A DNA stretch of 64,000 bases from Octopus vulgaris (GCA_951406725.2 OX597821.1:4030001-4094000); one strand, 5' to 3'; positions 26,641-39,236 are shown, numbered from the stretch's first letter. Numbers and translations are program-made. Notes: generated from the sequence alone by a model not told the origin.

Positions 26641-27249
26641 GATACAGATGTATATATATGTGTGTGTATGTGTGTATGCTTGTATGTGTGTGCCTCTGTG
26701 TGTGTGGTTCGTTTTCCGTCTTCGAGTATCAACAGTTGAATACTTCGATATATATATCAGCATATCAGTCTATTTTTCCTCATCACGTATGCATCTGTGT
26801 CACATAGACCAATATCGTTTGTTTACAATCCTTAATCAATAACAGATTTACTAACCTATAGCTATTTTAAATGATATGTTTGGAGCACCACAGTAATTAT
26901 ATTTCCAATGCAAAGATAATATCTGCCAATATACAAAAATCCTACAGACAAATGCGATGTTGGCATTGTTCCAGAAGTAAGACATTTTATTAAGCATGGT
27001 TCGCTCCAATTATTTTCAGGAGCTATAAACACAGATACGAGTCTTCTGGTTTCCTTGTTGCTCTTTTATTCAACATGATTTATTTAATGTAGATATACAT
27101 ATAGAATTTCACACACATACACACACATGAATATATGAGTATGTATATGCCTTTGTATACATGTATTTACGTATAAATATATATAAACATATTGAGAGAC
27201 AGGCAGTTGGAAAGATATAAACACATGGATATATATATGAGTATAGGGC

Positions 27250-27283
<34 letters not shown>

Positions 27284-27717
27284 CAAATCTCTGTGTGTGA
27301 GTACGTGATTTGTGAATGTATGCATGCATATATAAATACACATACATCGAGAAAGTATTTAAACATTTAGAGTATATAACGATATATTTGTATAGATGCA
27401 TAATACTTACATACATATCTGTATATATATATATACAAATATATATACAGACATACATAGTTACATATGTAGATTTATCCATAAGCGCGTGTATTTATAT
27501 ATGTATGACTACACACGAGGCGCCCGCACACGCACATATGTATATATGTTCTGTACATACATGCATGTGTATAGAAATCATGCACTATATATATGTATAA
27601 GTGTACATAAATAAATTTATACCTTTATGGATTTTTATGTATGCATATATAACTGTTTATGTCTCTCTACGCGTGTTTGTGTACGGGTGCATATGTGCCT
27701 TTTTGTGTGAGTATTTA

Positions 27718-27766
<49 letters not shown>

Positions 27767-28245
27767 ACAAATATATTTAATATGCCCTTGTACACTAGAA
27801 TATGAAATGCAATTGCTAGGAGATTTTCCTCCGGAGAAAATGTTTTTCTCTATATTGACATATCGCGAATCAAAAACACATCGAGATGAGGTTCAAATCA
27901 TGTCGGACGAATACTAGATATGTGGCTTGGGCGTTATTTCGCCTCCTTTCTAATAGATATAACCTCGGTCACTTGGTACTTAGCCGGAATTTTTCTTGCT
28001 ATATATAGAAACAAGCAAACAAAATACTTGCTTGTGTGATCTGAGGTTTGGCAAGCTGGAAATAATTTATTATATGCACATAAACTACCGAACCTTAAAA
28101 TAGAGTTGTGTACATTTAGATTTAGTGTACAGGAGCGTGTTAATTGTGTATATAGTCAGATATGTGTATCTTTTTTCGATCGTCTTTGCACTGTGCACTT
28201 ATAATCTATGTATGTGTAGCAGTAGATGTATGCATGTCGGTATGC

Positions 28246-28299
<54 letters not shown>

Positions 28300-28340
28300 G
28301 CGTCTATGTGTATGTATATATGTTTATGCATGCATATATC

Positions 28341-28375
<35 letters not shown>

Positions 28376-28404
28376 GCATATACATATATACATACATATA
28401 GATG

Positions 28405-28445
<41 letters not shown>

Positions 28446-28985
28446 TCACACACATACACACAAACACACACACACACACATATATATATATATGGTAGGG
28501 TCGTCGGTGACTAAACTGGCAACCCTACCAGACGTATTTTGAGACACTTTTACCCTGAAGTACTCCGTTCAAATGGAGTCATTTTAAAGACATAGTATTT
28601 TGAAAAACGCAGAATAAATAAAAATCAGGGGAAGCGAAACTACCCGGAGTGAATTACAGATATCGCTATTTCTCTGTTATTTCAACTCATCAAAGCCGCA
28701 TAGTCGTTTGGCCCGTGAGCCATTTTCAAATAGCTATGTATATCAATGAAGCGATCTGGCAACCAATTGGCATACCAGCCGAAATGCTTAGCGGCGTTCT
28801 GAGTTCACATTCCACTGAGGGGCACGTTGTTTTTCACTCTTCGGTGTCGATTAAACAATTACCACTTGAATGCTGGTGTCGATGTAATCGACTTATCCTC
28901 TCCCTCAAAATTGCTTGTTTTATGCCAAAATTTGAATCACAATATAGATATAGCGTAATATATATTTACCGTTGTCCTACAACAC

Positions 28986-29247
28986 CACTCAGGTAAAACA
29001 ACATCAAATTTTGAGTTAGAATCGCTTTGGAGTGTAAAAATTATCACTGTCACATTATTTAAGTATATGTGATCTTCAATGCCTTTTGGCTGTGATACTC
29101 TGTCCATAGAAAGTCCCTTTAAAGACGTAGGATGTCGTGCACATCGGCAGATAGATTTCTGATATCTGTATATATTTCGGGTCAGCGGCTGAATCGAGTA
29201 TGTAATTCACTAGACACAGCAAAAAAAGTGTCTACCAAACCACATAT
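28986..29247 (+). repeat. 262-bp direct repeat, copy 1
   Basis: Matches 30538-30799 with 3 substitutions seen by eye. Confidence 0.92.
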
Positions 29248-29356
29248 GTAATATGTTTATGACATCGATAACGTTTGCGTTATAGAACTGCAGACTTAAA
29301 ATTTGTGTGCATATGTGTGTTTTTGCGTGTGTGTGTATGTGTGTGTGTATGTGTGT

Positions 29357-29401
<45 letters not shown>

Positions 29402-29924
29402 TTCAGCGCAACATAACTCATACTGCTGGAAATACTTCTGAAATTGCTTGACATTCTCATTAAATATCAGCTCACTGAATACGGCAAGTCTTTAACATTT
29501 TGGCATTCTAAATTCATTTGAAACCTCTATTAATACCAGTGAGAGAGACGCTAAATATGGATTCATCGGTAATAATCATAGGCTACATGCTGTCAATTAA
29601 ATGCTGTCCTTTGCATGCGTAGGAAGGTCGTTCAATAAATCAGTATAAGTATGGCCACGTGGGTTAATTTTATAAGAAATAGGAACTTTCGTGGCTGATA
29701 GCTGTGACAGTGTAACTTTTTAATGGTTCATATATATTATGATTAGCAATAATTATAAAGGAATTCAGTTGCTGTACATATATGTATATGTGCTTGCTTA
29801 CGTATGGGTATGAAAATGCGTATATTTGTGTGTGTGTTCGCGCTTCTGCCCCTGACAGACAGAGCGAGATACAGAATGTGTGCGTTGTACACGCGGGTTT
29901 GTATTCATATGTAATCTCTCTCTA

Positions 29925-29960
<36 letters not shown>

Positions 29961-30009
29961 TGTATGTATGTATGTATGTATGTATGTATGTATGTATATA
30001 TGTATGTAT

Positions 30010-30245
30010 TGATAGAAATGGTAAGACAACAAAAGAATGAAAGAGAACTCGATATTATGTAAATAGAGGAATTTATCTGTAAATATAATAGGTGAAAATT
30101 ATTCGGTAGCCAAGATAAAACTCCGAATTTCGGATGTCGGAGCGGAAACCCACGCCGCCATCTCTTCAATTATCGGGCCATTGAAAAACAATGCTATGAA
30201 AATGACCGTTACACAAAGGGAAATTACTGTGTGATTGACCGTTAT
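30010..30245 (-). mobile_element. Short microsatellite-flanked element carrying a hammerhead-like motif (30174-30114)
   Basis: GATAA-TTGAAGA-GATGGCGG-CGTGGGTTTCCGCT-CCGACATCC-GAAA-TTCGGAG-TT-TTATC; (TATG)n on the left and (TA)n on the right. Confidence 0.6.
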
Positions 30246-30537
30246 ACATATATATATATATATATAACTGATGTTCGTTTCTCAGGTCACTCAGTATGGC
30301 TGGATTAGCAGCTTTCCATTTCGGGGATGGGGCCTTTGCCAGTTTCAGCATAAAATCTTCGGTTTCTATTATACAAATATGGTAGCAGAACCACTGCGCG
30401 GTTGAATACTTGTTCTGAGTGCAGCCCTCCTCTCTTCCGTTTCTCTGATCATTTGTCATTCTGAGTGCAGTGCTACAAAGTACAAACCATTACGCCACAG
30501 TGGGTAATTATGAGAAAAATTCTCCAACATGCTCCAA

Positions 30538-30799
30538 CACTCAGGTAAAACAACATCAAATTTTGAGTTAGAATCGCTTTGGAGTGTAAAAATTATCACT
30601 GTCACATTATTTAAGTATATGTGATCTTCAATGCCTTTTGGCTGTGATACTCTGTCCATAGAAAGTCCCTTTAAAGACGTAGCATGTCGTGCACATCGGC
30701 AGATAGATTTCTGATATCTGTATATATTTCGGGTCAGCGGCTGAATCGAGTATGTGTTTCACTAGACACAGCAAAAAAAGTGTCTACCAAACCACATAT
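30538..30799 (+). repeat. 262-bp direct repeat, copy 2
   Basis: See 28986-29247. Confidence 0.92.
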
Positions 30800-30939
30800 T
30801 CTAAGATAAACTTTTTCAACATCACCTCACGAATATATTTCTGTCTCCTCATTAGTCGACCACATGACCAACTGTCAGATCATTTAAGAAAATCTGTTCA
30901 GGAAATCTGGAAGCGGAAATGTGCTCTAAATGTCAAATA

Positions 30940-31510
30940 GTCTATATGATCATAGGCTTCGAAAAAAAATGTTTTCAGAATGACTCCATTTCTCTTGAAT
31001 AATGATGGGCGATTTTTGTTCAAAGCTGCTGCTTTCAAACGACAAACATAATCGCAGTAGAGCTTGGCGTTGTTATCCCCTTGCACTAGTGACAGGATTT
31101 ACTCTGATTTCAGAGTCCAACTCTTCATAATCGATAACTTTTTTATGATCCTTATTTAGCTCGTCGTCTAAGCTAAAGTTCCCACTTCAAAAACAGGAAA
31201 AGATACCTACTGCACCGTTTTTCATTTACTGCATCATTTCCATAAGTTCTCTGAATGGTTTTTGTTGCTGCATTCGCATTGGGCTCTTTATGAATGCAGT
31301 AGAGTAAAGCGTGTCTAATGTGTTCTTTAATTGGGACGAACTTTGGAGGTGAATATCGAAACACATTGGGAACAGAATTCTTTTAAACTGAAAGTAGAAG
31401 ATATACATTATTCAAAGTTACATTCAATGATTTATAACAAAAGGCTTAAATAAATGTCATCTAAAATTTCATCTAGAAAATCGGACACAACTTTTCTTCC
31501 AGCCCACTAT
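30940..31510 (-). mobile_element. Internally deleted mariner element relic
   Basis: KEHIRHALLYCIHKEPNANAATKTIQRTYGNDAVNEKRC is a Mos1-type N-terminal HTH; TIR-like end near 31480-31510. Confidence 0.75.
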
Positions 31511-31560
31511 GTGTGAGTGTGTGTGAGTGTCTGTGTGTGTGCGTGTGTGTGTGTGAGTGT

Positions 31561-31594
<34 letters not shown>

Positions 31595-31597
<3 letters not shown>

Positions 31598-31785
31598 CAT
31601 CGGGAAAAGCGTGGCTGAAGGACAAAATTTTCAAGTCTTTTTAAAGGGTTTAGAAAAACTGAAGGACCGCTGCATTAAGTGTGTGAATCTGAAAGAGGAA
31701 TATACTGAATAAAATCATAATTAACTGATCCTCCTATAATTTCTGTTACCCAAAACCCAAAAAATCTTCGGCATATCCTCGTATA
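31595..31785 (+). mobile_element. Mariner 3' end fragment
   Basis: KGLEKLKDRCIKCVNLKEEYTE* resembles the mariner C-terminus; shares sequence with the MITE at 23990. Confidence 0.65.
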
Positions 31786-31830
31786 TACACAATCATAATC
31801 ATACATACTGTACGTAATATATTTTCGCAG

Positions 31831-32155
31831 TGAGGGCGCGTGGCTTAGTGGTTAGGGCATTCGGCTCATGATCGTAAGGTTGTGAGTTCGATTCCCGGCG
31901 ACGCGTTGTGTCCTTGAGCAAGACACTTTATTTCACGTTGCTCCAGTCCACTCAGCTGGCAAAAATGAGTTGTACTTGTATTTCAAAGGGTCAGCCATGT
32001 CACTCTCTGTGTCACGCTGATTATCCCCGAGAACTACGTTAAGGGTACACGTGTCTGTGGAATGCTCAGCCATTTGCACGTTAATTTCACGAGCAAGCTG
32101 TTCCGTTGATCGTATCAGCTGGGAACCTCGTCGTCGTAACCGGCGGAGTCTTTAG
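31831..32155 (+). mobile_element. tRNA-derived SINE (head type 2, tail X)
   Basis: A box TGGCTTAGTGG, B box GAGTTCGATTC, central TGTGTCCTTGAGCAAGACACTT; A-rich end; possible TSD ATATATTTTCG. Confidence 0.9.
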
Positions 32156-32744
32156 AAAAAAAAAAAATATATATATATATTTTCGTAATATACAGTGGCA
32201 TTTTATATTATTGCAGACATGGGGATACAGGTTTCTCGATCGCATACACGCGTAAATACATTATTTTCAAGTCATGTAATCCTACAGTTATTATCGTTTA
32301 AAAGGAATATAAGGTTTCATTTGATAACTTGCTTTCCAAATTAATAACAATGTACGAGCCTGTATGTTTGTGCTTCGTGCGTATATGTGTTTGTGTGTAT
32401 GTGTATATGTAAGCATGTATCTATGTCTTTATATATTTGCATGTGTGTTGTGTAATTCAACGCCATGTATGATCTTTAGGCTGGAGAGCCTGACAGTGTG
32501 GCTGAACACCTGAGTGTATGCAGAATCTTATTCAACATATTTGTTTATAATATAACCTACATCCATGTTTAGTTTAGCAGATAATACTTTAAAAAGAATA
32601 AAATGAAAATATTAGAAAATAAAATAAAATAATTGCCATTTGAGACAAACATACATATGCATAATTTCATCCGTGTGCTTTCTTTGATTGTTCATGATTC
32701 CAATCATTTTATGTAAGTAATGTGGAGTATTGACAGAATCATTG

Positions 32745-33120
32745 TCCCAGGAAGATACATAGTGACATCTTGTTCGTCTTTAAGATCTGAATTGAAATTC
32801 CGTCGACGGGAGCTTTGCTTTTTATTCTTTCAGGATCGATAAAACAAACGACAGTTGAGCACAGGGGTTGATGCAATTGAGAAATTTGCATATACAAAAT
32901 TTCTGCCCTTGCGCTTGTAGCAAAAAGTATTATTTCTCTAAGGAAGAGAGCTAGCTGAACCAGTTGCACATCCGACGAAACTTTTCTCGGCATTTCTCGT
33001 CTTTTACGTACTGCGTTCAAATTCAGTCGCAATCAACTTTGCCTTTCGTCCTTTTGATGTACAAGATATTCGACTTGCCCACCCCTCAAAAACTGCTATC
33101 GTGGTGCCAAGGTTTGCAGT
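32745..33120 (+). mobile_element. Two degenerate family A SINE copies
   Basis: gaaattccgtcgacgggagctttgc and gttcaaattcagtcgcaatcaactttgcctttcgtcc. Confidence 0.6.
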
Positions 33121-33883
33121 AATTATTTAGCGAGGATACTAAAAGCTTATAAGTTATATTTAACTTGCAAATAAATGTATATGGACTCGTCTAGGATCTA
33201 CATTTAATCTACTAAAGTCTATCGAGAGTTCATTTCTTTTTAAATATGCAACATTTAATACTTTTTGGAAGACAACTGTGGCTACCAGTTATTTATAGAG
33301 AAATTTCCACTAGATTTAATGCACATTCTGATCAACATCGAATCTTAAATAACTTCAGTGGAATTTTGTTAGTGACCGAAGAATAAATTTCAGAACTTAT
33401 AGCATATGTTAATATGAAAATATTGTATTTGATCGCTTGCTCTATGATAAAAAGACTGCGCCTTCGCTTCATTTTCTTCTAGAACTTCTACAACTGCAGA
33501 TTGAAAGTAAGAACGATACACTGAAATCAATAGAACTGAAATACATTAAGCAACAGTGGGAATTCAGTTAAGGGCAAGCAACGAAAGGTCGGTAAAGTTA
33601 ACATGAGTGACGGGTGTATTAATTATGGTGGAATATATCTATTTTCAATGGCAATAGTTACTGTGTCATGATGGAATTCAGTTTGAATACATGATGTCAG
33701 AACAAGGTTATTTTTAAAATATTTACAATTCCTAAATTCCCAATATATTTCTCTGCAAAGATAAAATTCAGATATTTTGTATATACGTACATACATACAA
33801 ACATATATTCATATACATATATACGCACATACAAATACATGTGCATATATATATATATATGTGTGTGTGTTTGTGTGTGTGTG

Positions 33884-33927
<44 letters not shown>

Positions 33928-34972
33928 TAAATTGATATTATGTATACATAGTTACACACTTGTTGTGTGTGTGTGTATGTGTGTGTGTGTGTGTGTGTAC
34001 ACGCATGAATATAAACATGAATATTCACGCAGATGCACACACACTGCAAGAAACACAAATATATATATAAATTTATACAATATTCCAATGTTTAAAGCTT
34101 TTATTGAAACTAGTTTAGCACCAGAGAACACAAACGCTTTTTTTTTATTATTAATGCCATATATCTTTTTTCCATGGATCTTCCTTTTTTCTGTTATTTT
34201 GTTTCGTTTTGCTTTCCTGCGAATGATATAATGCTATCTCTCTCTTATATTTATTTTATCACATATATTTAAATAACTGTTGATGCTGTTAGATCCATAC
34301 CTACACTTATCTTTGAAAACATTAAAAGGTTATCGATACTATTACAAAAAACGTTTTTACAGATTAATGAAAATATATGATATCTATTTATCTCGTTCCA
34401 TATTCACATTCAGCGTCTAAAATATGCAGTTCGAAACAATTATTTCAATGTAAAGGTGTATATTTGTTTTTCTAAATTATCTGCAAATGTACAAACAAAA
34501 TCAGGTAAAGTGGATGAGTGTATTAACTAAAATATCCTTAACATTTGAGGTCTTTTGTTCCCAAAATTATCATTCTACGATTTCAAATAATGCATGACTC
34601 TATGAATTAATTGTATATATATATTCCATGTTTCATTCATTAATCCGAGGTGATGCTGGGGCGTAGCCTAAAAAATTGTTTTACGCTGGTTACTTATTCT
34701 CTTAGTCCAGTATTGGTGTGATTACAGGTATGTAAACACACCAACGCTGGTTGTCAAGCGGTTATGAAGGACATACAGAGACAGAAAAACATATATGTGT
34801 GTATGTGCGTGTGTGTATATATGTATAATATAACATGAAAATAACGCTGTAGTATATAACAGTATATTTAGTGTTGTACGGAATCTTATTAAATCAAAGA
34901 TATATTGCTCGTATATAAATGACTTTTACGTTCACAGTAAGACCTATTTTAAAATAGTGCACAATATACGTA

Positions 34973-37321
34973 GTGAACAGTTCGGTGGGGGAACGATCGT
35001 TTTGTAATCGCCGGGATGGGAGCAGAAAGCTGGACGTGGCTGAAGATTGTTTTCTATCGCAACATGTTGAATATCCGACAAGGCATCGGTCTGGGCAGCA
35101 GCCATCTATGCTAGATCTGGTATTCTCCCGCTATCCAAGATCAGTGTCAGACGTATCTGTGTGCGCCCCTCTTGCCAAGAGTGATCATGCGGTCCTGAAG
35201 TTCGTCATGCACACAACTTTTTCCACGCCCACGATTACTTCGCTGCCACGTAGAGTCTTCCCTGCAATTAATCTTGAAATTCTAACCGAGGCTTCCGCGC
35301 TTCTGGACTGGCGTTCCCTGATGACGTTGTCCTCAGTTGACGAACTATGGTCATCCCTCAAAGCATATGTAATCTGTTTGACTGACCAGGCAGTTCCCGT
35401 TGGACTTCCCAAGAGGAAGAAACACAAGCCCTGGGTGACGAAGAAGGTTAAACGAGAACGTCGACTCAGAGATATTGCTTGGGCTGAATTCAAAAATCTG
35501 GATTCGACTGCAGCTTTTGAGGTGTACAAAACTCAACGAGACCGAGCCGTGAAAATTGAAAAGAAGGAACGCTTCAGTTATGAATACAAAATCGCGGCAA
35601 ATGCCAGTAGCAATCCAAAAACCTTCTTTGCCCATGTCCAGCGGAATTCCCGCTTGAACAACCAGATTGCAACGTTGGTAGACTCAACAGGCGTATCGAT
35701 TGAGGACCCTTATCAACAGAGTCAATTATTTGCCGAGGCTTTTTCAACTATTTTCAAACAAGATGATGGTCGTGAACCCCCTCCATTTGATAGATCGGTA
35801 CCTCCAATGCTTCGATTGATCATCACGCGGGACCAAGTCAAACGTGTTATTCAAGGCCTCGATGTCAACAAGGGTCACGGCCCTGACGGCATACACCCAC
35901 GGGTTATCAAAGCGTTGGCTCCGGTCATCTGCGAGCCCTTAACACGACTATTCAATATGTCATTGGCGACGGGTGTTATACCTGCAGACTGGAGAACAGC
36001 GATAATCTGCCCAATTTTCAAGAAAGGGAGCCGCGAAGACCCGCTTAACTACCGACCGGTTTCCCTTACATCAATAATCAGCAAGATGTTCGAAACCATC
36101 CTTAAGAAAAGTATGATGCTCCACCTCCTAAACACAGCCTCGATCACTGATTCCCAACACGGCTTCGTGCCGAAGAGATCATGCTTGACCAACTTACTAG
36201 TAATGGAAGAATTGGTGACGCGCATCCTCGATGATAGTGATGCTGTTGACATCGTTTTATTGGACTTTGCCAAAGCTTTTGACTCGGTAAACCACCGCCT
36301 ACTACTTGTCAAGCTTCAAGCATATAGTTTTCATCCGGATATTGTACGATGGGTTCGTGCCTTCCTCTCAGATCGCTCCTTCCAAGTTCAAGTTAATGGT
36401 TCGCGGTCCGACGTCTGCAGTGCGAGCAGTGGCGTGCCTCAAGGTTCAGTGCTTGGGCCCTTGTTGTTCTTAGTCTTCATAAATGACTTGCCCGACGACC
36501 TCACGCAACACACCCTTCTATTTGCCGACGGTATCAAACTGGTCGCTCCTCGCGGTAGTATAGAGGATCTTCGTCGATGCCTCCACCAAATTTGGAAGTG
36601 GTCTAACGATTGGGATCTGTGTCTGAACGTGTCAAAGTGCTGTCATCTGCCTGTCGGCTCTACTCTTGCAACTCAACTTGATTTCGAGCCGGGTCGTCTG
36701 CTGCTGGAGAGGACCGATCAGGTAAAGGACCTGGGTATCTTGGTGGATTCCTCCTTTTCGCCTTCGGCCCAGTGCGTCCATGCTGCCAACAAAGCGCGCG
36801 GAATTCTGTTTTTGATTCGACGGTCATTCGGAATGCTCACAGCAGCCATATTCCTGCCACTCTATGTCACGCTGGTGAGACCCATATTGGAGTATGGGAT
36901 TCAAGCCTCTTCTCCTTATCTCCTCAAAGACATACAGCACCTCGAAAGAGTCCAGAGGCTGGCTACCCGCATGGTTCATGGTCTCAAAAATTTGTCCTAC
37001 GAAGAAAGGCTGAGGACGCTCGACCTTTGTTCTCTTGAAAAACGCCGCCGCCGTGGTGATCTCATTCTCGCCCACAACATCATAAGCGGGAAGTGTAACC
37101 TCTCGAAAGAGCTGTTCTTCACTCCTGCTCCGGAGCGTCGGCTGCGGGGTCATTCCGAAAAGCTCTACCTGCGACGATTTCATCTCAATCGAAGGAGAGG
37201 AGCTTTCTCCGTCCGGGTTGCGGATCCGTGGAACAAGCTGCCAGACGAGATGGTGAAGATGCCGACGACCGCTTTGTTGAAAGCCTCCCTGGACCTCAAG
37301 TGGCCTGAACTCTTTACATGA
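34973..37321 (+). CDS. LINE ORF2 remnant: C-terminal part of APE endonuclease plus reverse transcriptase (truncated; catalytic FADD reads FADG)
   Basis: MLDLVF and SDH (APE); GPDGIHP, NYRPVSLTS, QHGF, DFAKAFDSV, SGVPQGSVLGPLLF, LFADGIKL, RPILEY, LEKRRRRGDLI (CR1-type RT and C-terminus); GTG start is not a native start. Confidence 0.9.
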   Translation: MNSSVGERSFCNRRDGSRKLDVAEDCFLSQHVEYPTRHRSGQQPSMLDLVFSRYPRSVSDVSVCAPLAKSDHAVLKFVMHTTFSTPTITSLPRRVFPAINLEILTEASALLDWRSLMTLSSVDELWSSLKAYVICLTDQAVPVGLPKRKKHKPWVTKKVKRERRLRDIAWAEFKNLDSTAAFEVYKTQRDRAVKIEKKERFSYEYKIAANASSNPKTFFAHVQRNSRLNNQIATLVDSTGVSIEDPYQQSQLFAEAFSTIFKQDDGREPPPFDRSVPPMLRLIITRDQVKRVIQGLDVNKGHGPDGIHPRVIKALAPVICEPLTRLFNMSLATGVIPADWRTAIICPIFKKGSREDPLNYRPVSLTSIISKMFETILKKSMMLHLLNTASITDSQHGFVPKRSCLTNLLVMEELVTRILDDSDAVDIVLLDFAKAFDSVNHRLLLVKLQAYSFHPDIVRWVRAFLSDRSFQVQVNGSRSDVCSASSGVPQGSVLGPLLFLVFINDLPDDLTQHTLLFADGIKLVAPRGSIEDLRRCLHQIWKWSNDWDLCLNVSKCCHLPVGSTLATQLDFEPGRLLLERTDQVKDLGILVDSSFSPSAQCVHAANKARGILFLIRRSFGMLTAAIFLPLYVTLVRPILEYGIQASSPYLLKDIQHLERVQRLATRMVHGLKNLSYEERLRTLDLCSLEKRRRRGDLILAHNIISGKCNLSKELFFTPAPERRLRGHSEKLYLRRFHLNRRRGAFSVRVADPWNKLPDEMVKMPTTALLKASLDLKWPELFT

Positions 37322-37409
37322 ACACCACCCTGTACATAGCTCCATGTTCCCCTACATGGCCTTGCTATTTGCTTTTGAGCCAAATTAACTAACTAACTAA
37401 CTAACTAAC
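34975..37409 (+). mobile_element. Young 5'-truncated CR1-group LINE
   Basis: Sharp rise in GC, long ORF2 frame, short 3' UTR with stem-loop CCATGT-TCCCCT-ACATGG (37342-37359) and (TAAC)n tail to 37409. Confidence 0.93.
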
Positions 37410-38399
37410 ATATCTAATCACGGGCCCCAATCGAAACCAAGGTCCTTGAGAAAGAATATCTTGATGTTTATGATTTCTTGTCTATCGACGGCTTTTCATT
37501 TGACGGACGAGATTTTTTCTGTCAAATCGGTGAACTAGAATAGCTACATAGATAGAGACAGACAGACAGGCTAGACAAATGTATGAAATACCTCAGGATA
37601 TTTAGCTATTTATTCAACTTGCAGTATGACAACTTCGCATAATACATATGAAATCACGTCTTTAGACATGCATTCATATGCATTATGCATGCCTTGTAAT
37701 TTATGATAGAATCCTCTGTTTTCTCTCTTTTTCAGCTATTTATATTTAAATAAGCTAAATTCTTTAACGTATCTCAATTTGTAATATGACAAAATTTGAA
37801 TCGCTAAAACGAATAATACTTCGAGAGATACTTTCTCTAAAATCATGTTGGCTTTGCAAAACCAAAGCAAAATATGCTCTGACATGTATCATTCTAGACG
37901 CAAACTATATAATAGACAATTGTGAAGGAATGCAATAATGAAATGTATTGTCCCCACAAAACTCGAAGTACATCAGCAAAATGAATAACTGAGCTAACCC
38001 ACCACATTGTATATGCAACCTCAGGGAAAATCCATTAGTCACGAGCCTCAAAACAGCTGAAAGCTGTAGCAGGGATGCAAATGCTGTCTCGCTTCTCTCC
38101 AACATTAACAACTGTAGGAGGAAATATGATCTCAACATAATCTGAATGATCAACGACGTAGTGGAAATTCAGATCTGATTAGAAATCATTCACTCTTTTC
38201 CCAGTTTGGCTCAATTTTAAATCAGCATAGAGACTAAAGATACCATCCATCCTAAATATTTCAATCTACCGTAAAGCATAGAGTTTACAATTCACAAAAA
38301 AGTGAACACCAACAATTGTTGGAGTGATACCTGGGGCCGTTCATAATTTGCCATTTAGACACACGCATCATAAACGTGGTATTTCTTTTATTCATTTTA

Positions 38400-38701
38400 T
38401 TTATGTGCCCTTTTCAAGAATAGCCAGGCCCATGGGCACGGTTTCCCGGTTTCTATAACGTATGGGTTCCCCCCAGCTGAACAGGATGCCAATCCATCGC
38501 AGTGTTACTCAAGAAACAGGAAGAAAGAGAGAAAGATGCGGTGAATGAATACAAAACGCGTCGCGACAACTTCTAGCCAGAGCCTCGTAGAGCTTTAGGT
38601 GTTTTAGCTTAATAAACACAGACAACGCCCGGTCTGGGAATCGAAATCGCAATCCTTCGACCGCGAGTCCACTGCCCTAACCACTGGGTCATTGTACCTC
38701 C
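38400..38701 (-). mobile_element. tRNA-derived SINE (head type 1, tail Y)
   Basis: 38510-38701 aligns to 23645-23839; 38400-38510 is a different tail. Confidence 0.85.
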
Positions 38702-39004
38702 TATTTTCTTTAATTTTAAGTATTATTATTTTATTCTCTTTGTCAAAGTTCTTTCGTCACACACCCTGTTGCCTCATCAACGACTCTCTCTCCCACCTGT
38801 TTTCTCCAGGATTTCACAGCAAGATTCTTGTAGGACAAATGCGTAAACATATAACTGGAATGTTTCCGAAGATTATATCCATACTATTTTAATATACACT
38901 GTTTACTGACGGTAGCGCAATCTACCGATTCAAATGACTAATGAATAAATACGAAGATAACAAAAGCGAATTAGACTACTTGCATATAGTTAATCCAAAC
39001 ATGA

Positions 39005-39158
39005 ACAAAGAGAAAACACAACAACGCGAAGACGTGGAATAAGTACATTGTTATTGGACAACGTTTTGAGTGGAGCTCTTCGTCAGAAACATAGAAAAAA
39101 GAAATTTCCAAGGTTAGGAAGAGGGAGAAAGAAAATCGCCAACGATACACACGTGGTC
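39005..39158 (-). mobile_element. Short element abutting (CA)n with a partial hammerhead motif
   Basis: Minus 39090-39060: GTTT-CTGACGA-A-GAG-CTCCA-CTC-AAAA-CGTT; G12 changed and 3' arm of stem I absent. Confidence 0.5.
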
Positions 39159-39169
39159 ACACACACACA

Positions 39170-39236
<67 letters not shown>

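Noticed and set aside
26712-26760. Hairpin GAGTATCAAC/GTTGAATACTTC with nearby CTGAT on minus
   Set aside because: Too degenerate to call a ribozyme
28494-28530. Inverted repeat TGGTAGGGT...ACCCTACCA resembling hAT-type termini
   Set aside because: Only about 37 bp in total, with no second copy or TSD
35185-37383. Antisense and alternate-frame ORFs inside the LINE
   Set aside because: Expected shadows of a GC-rich coding frame
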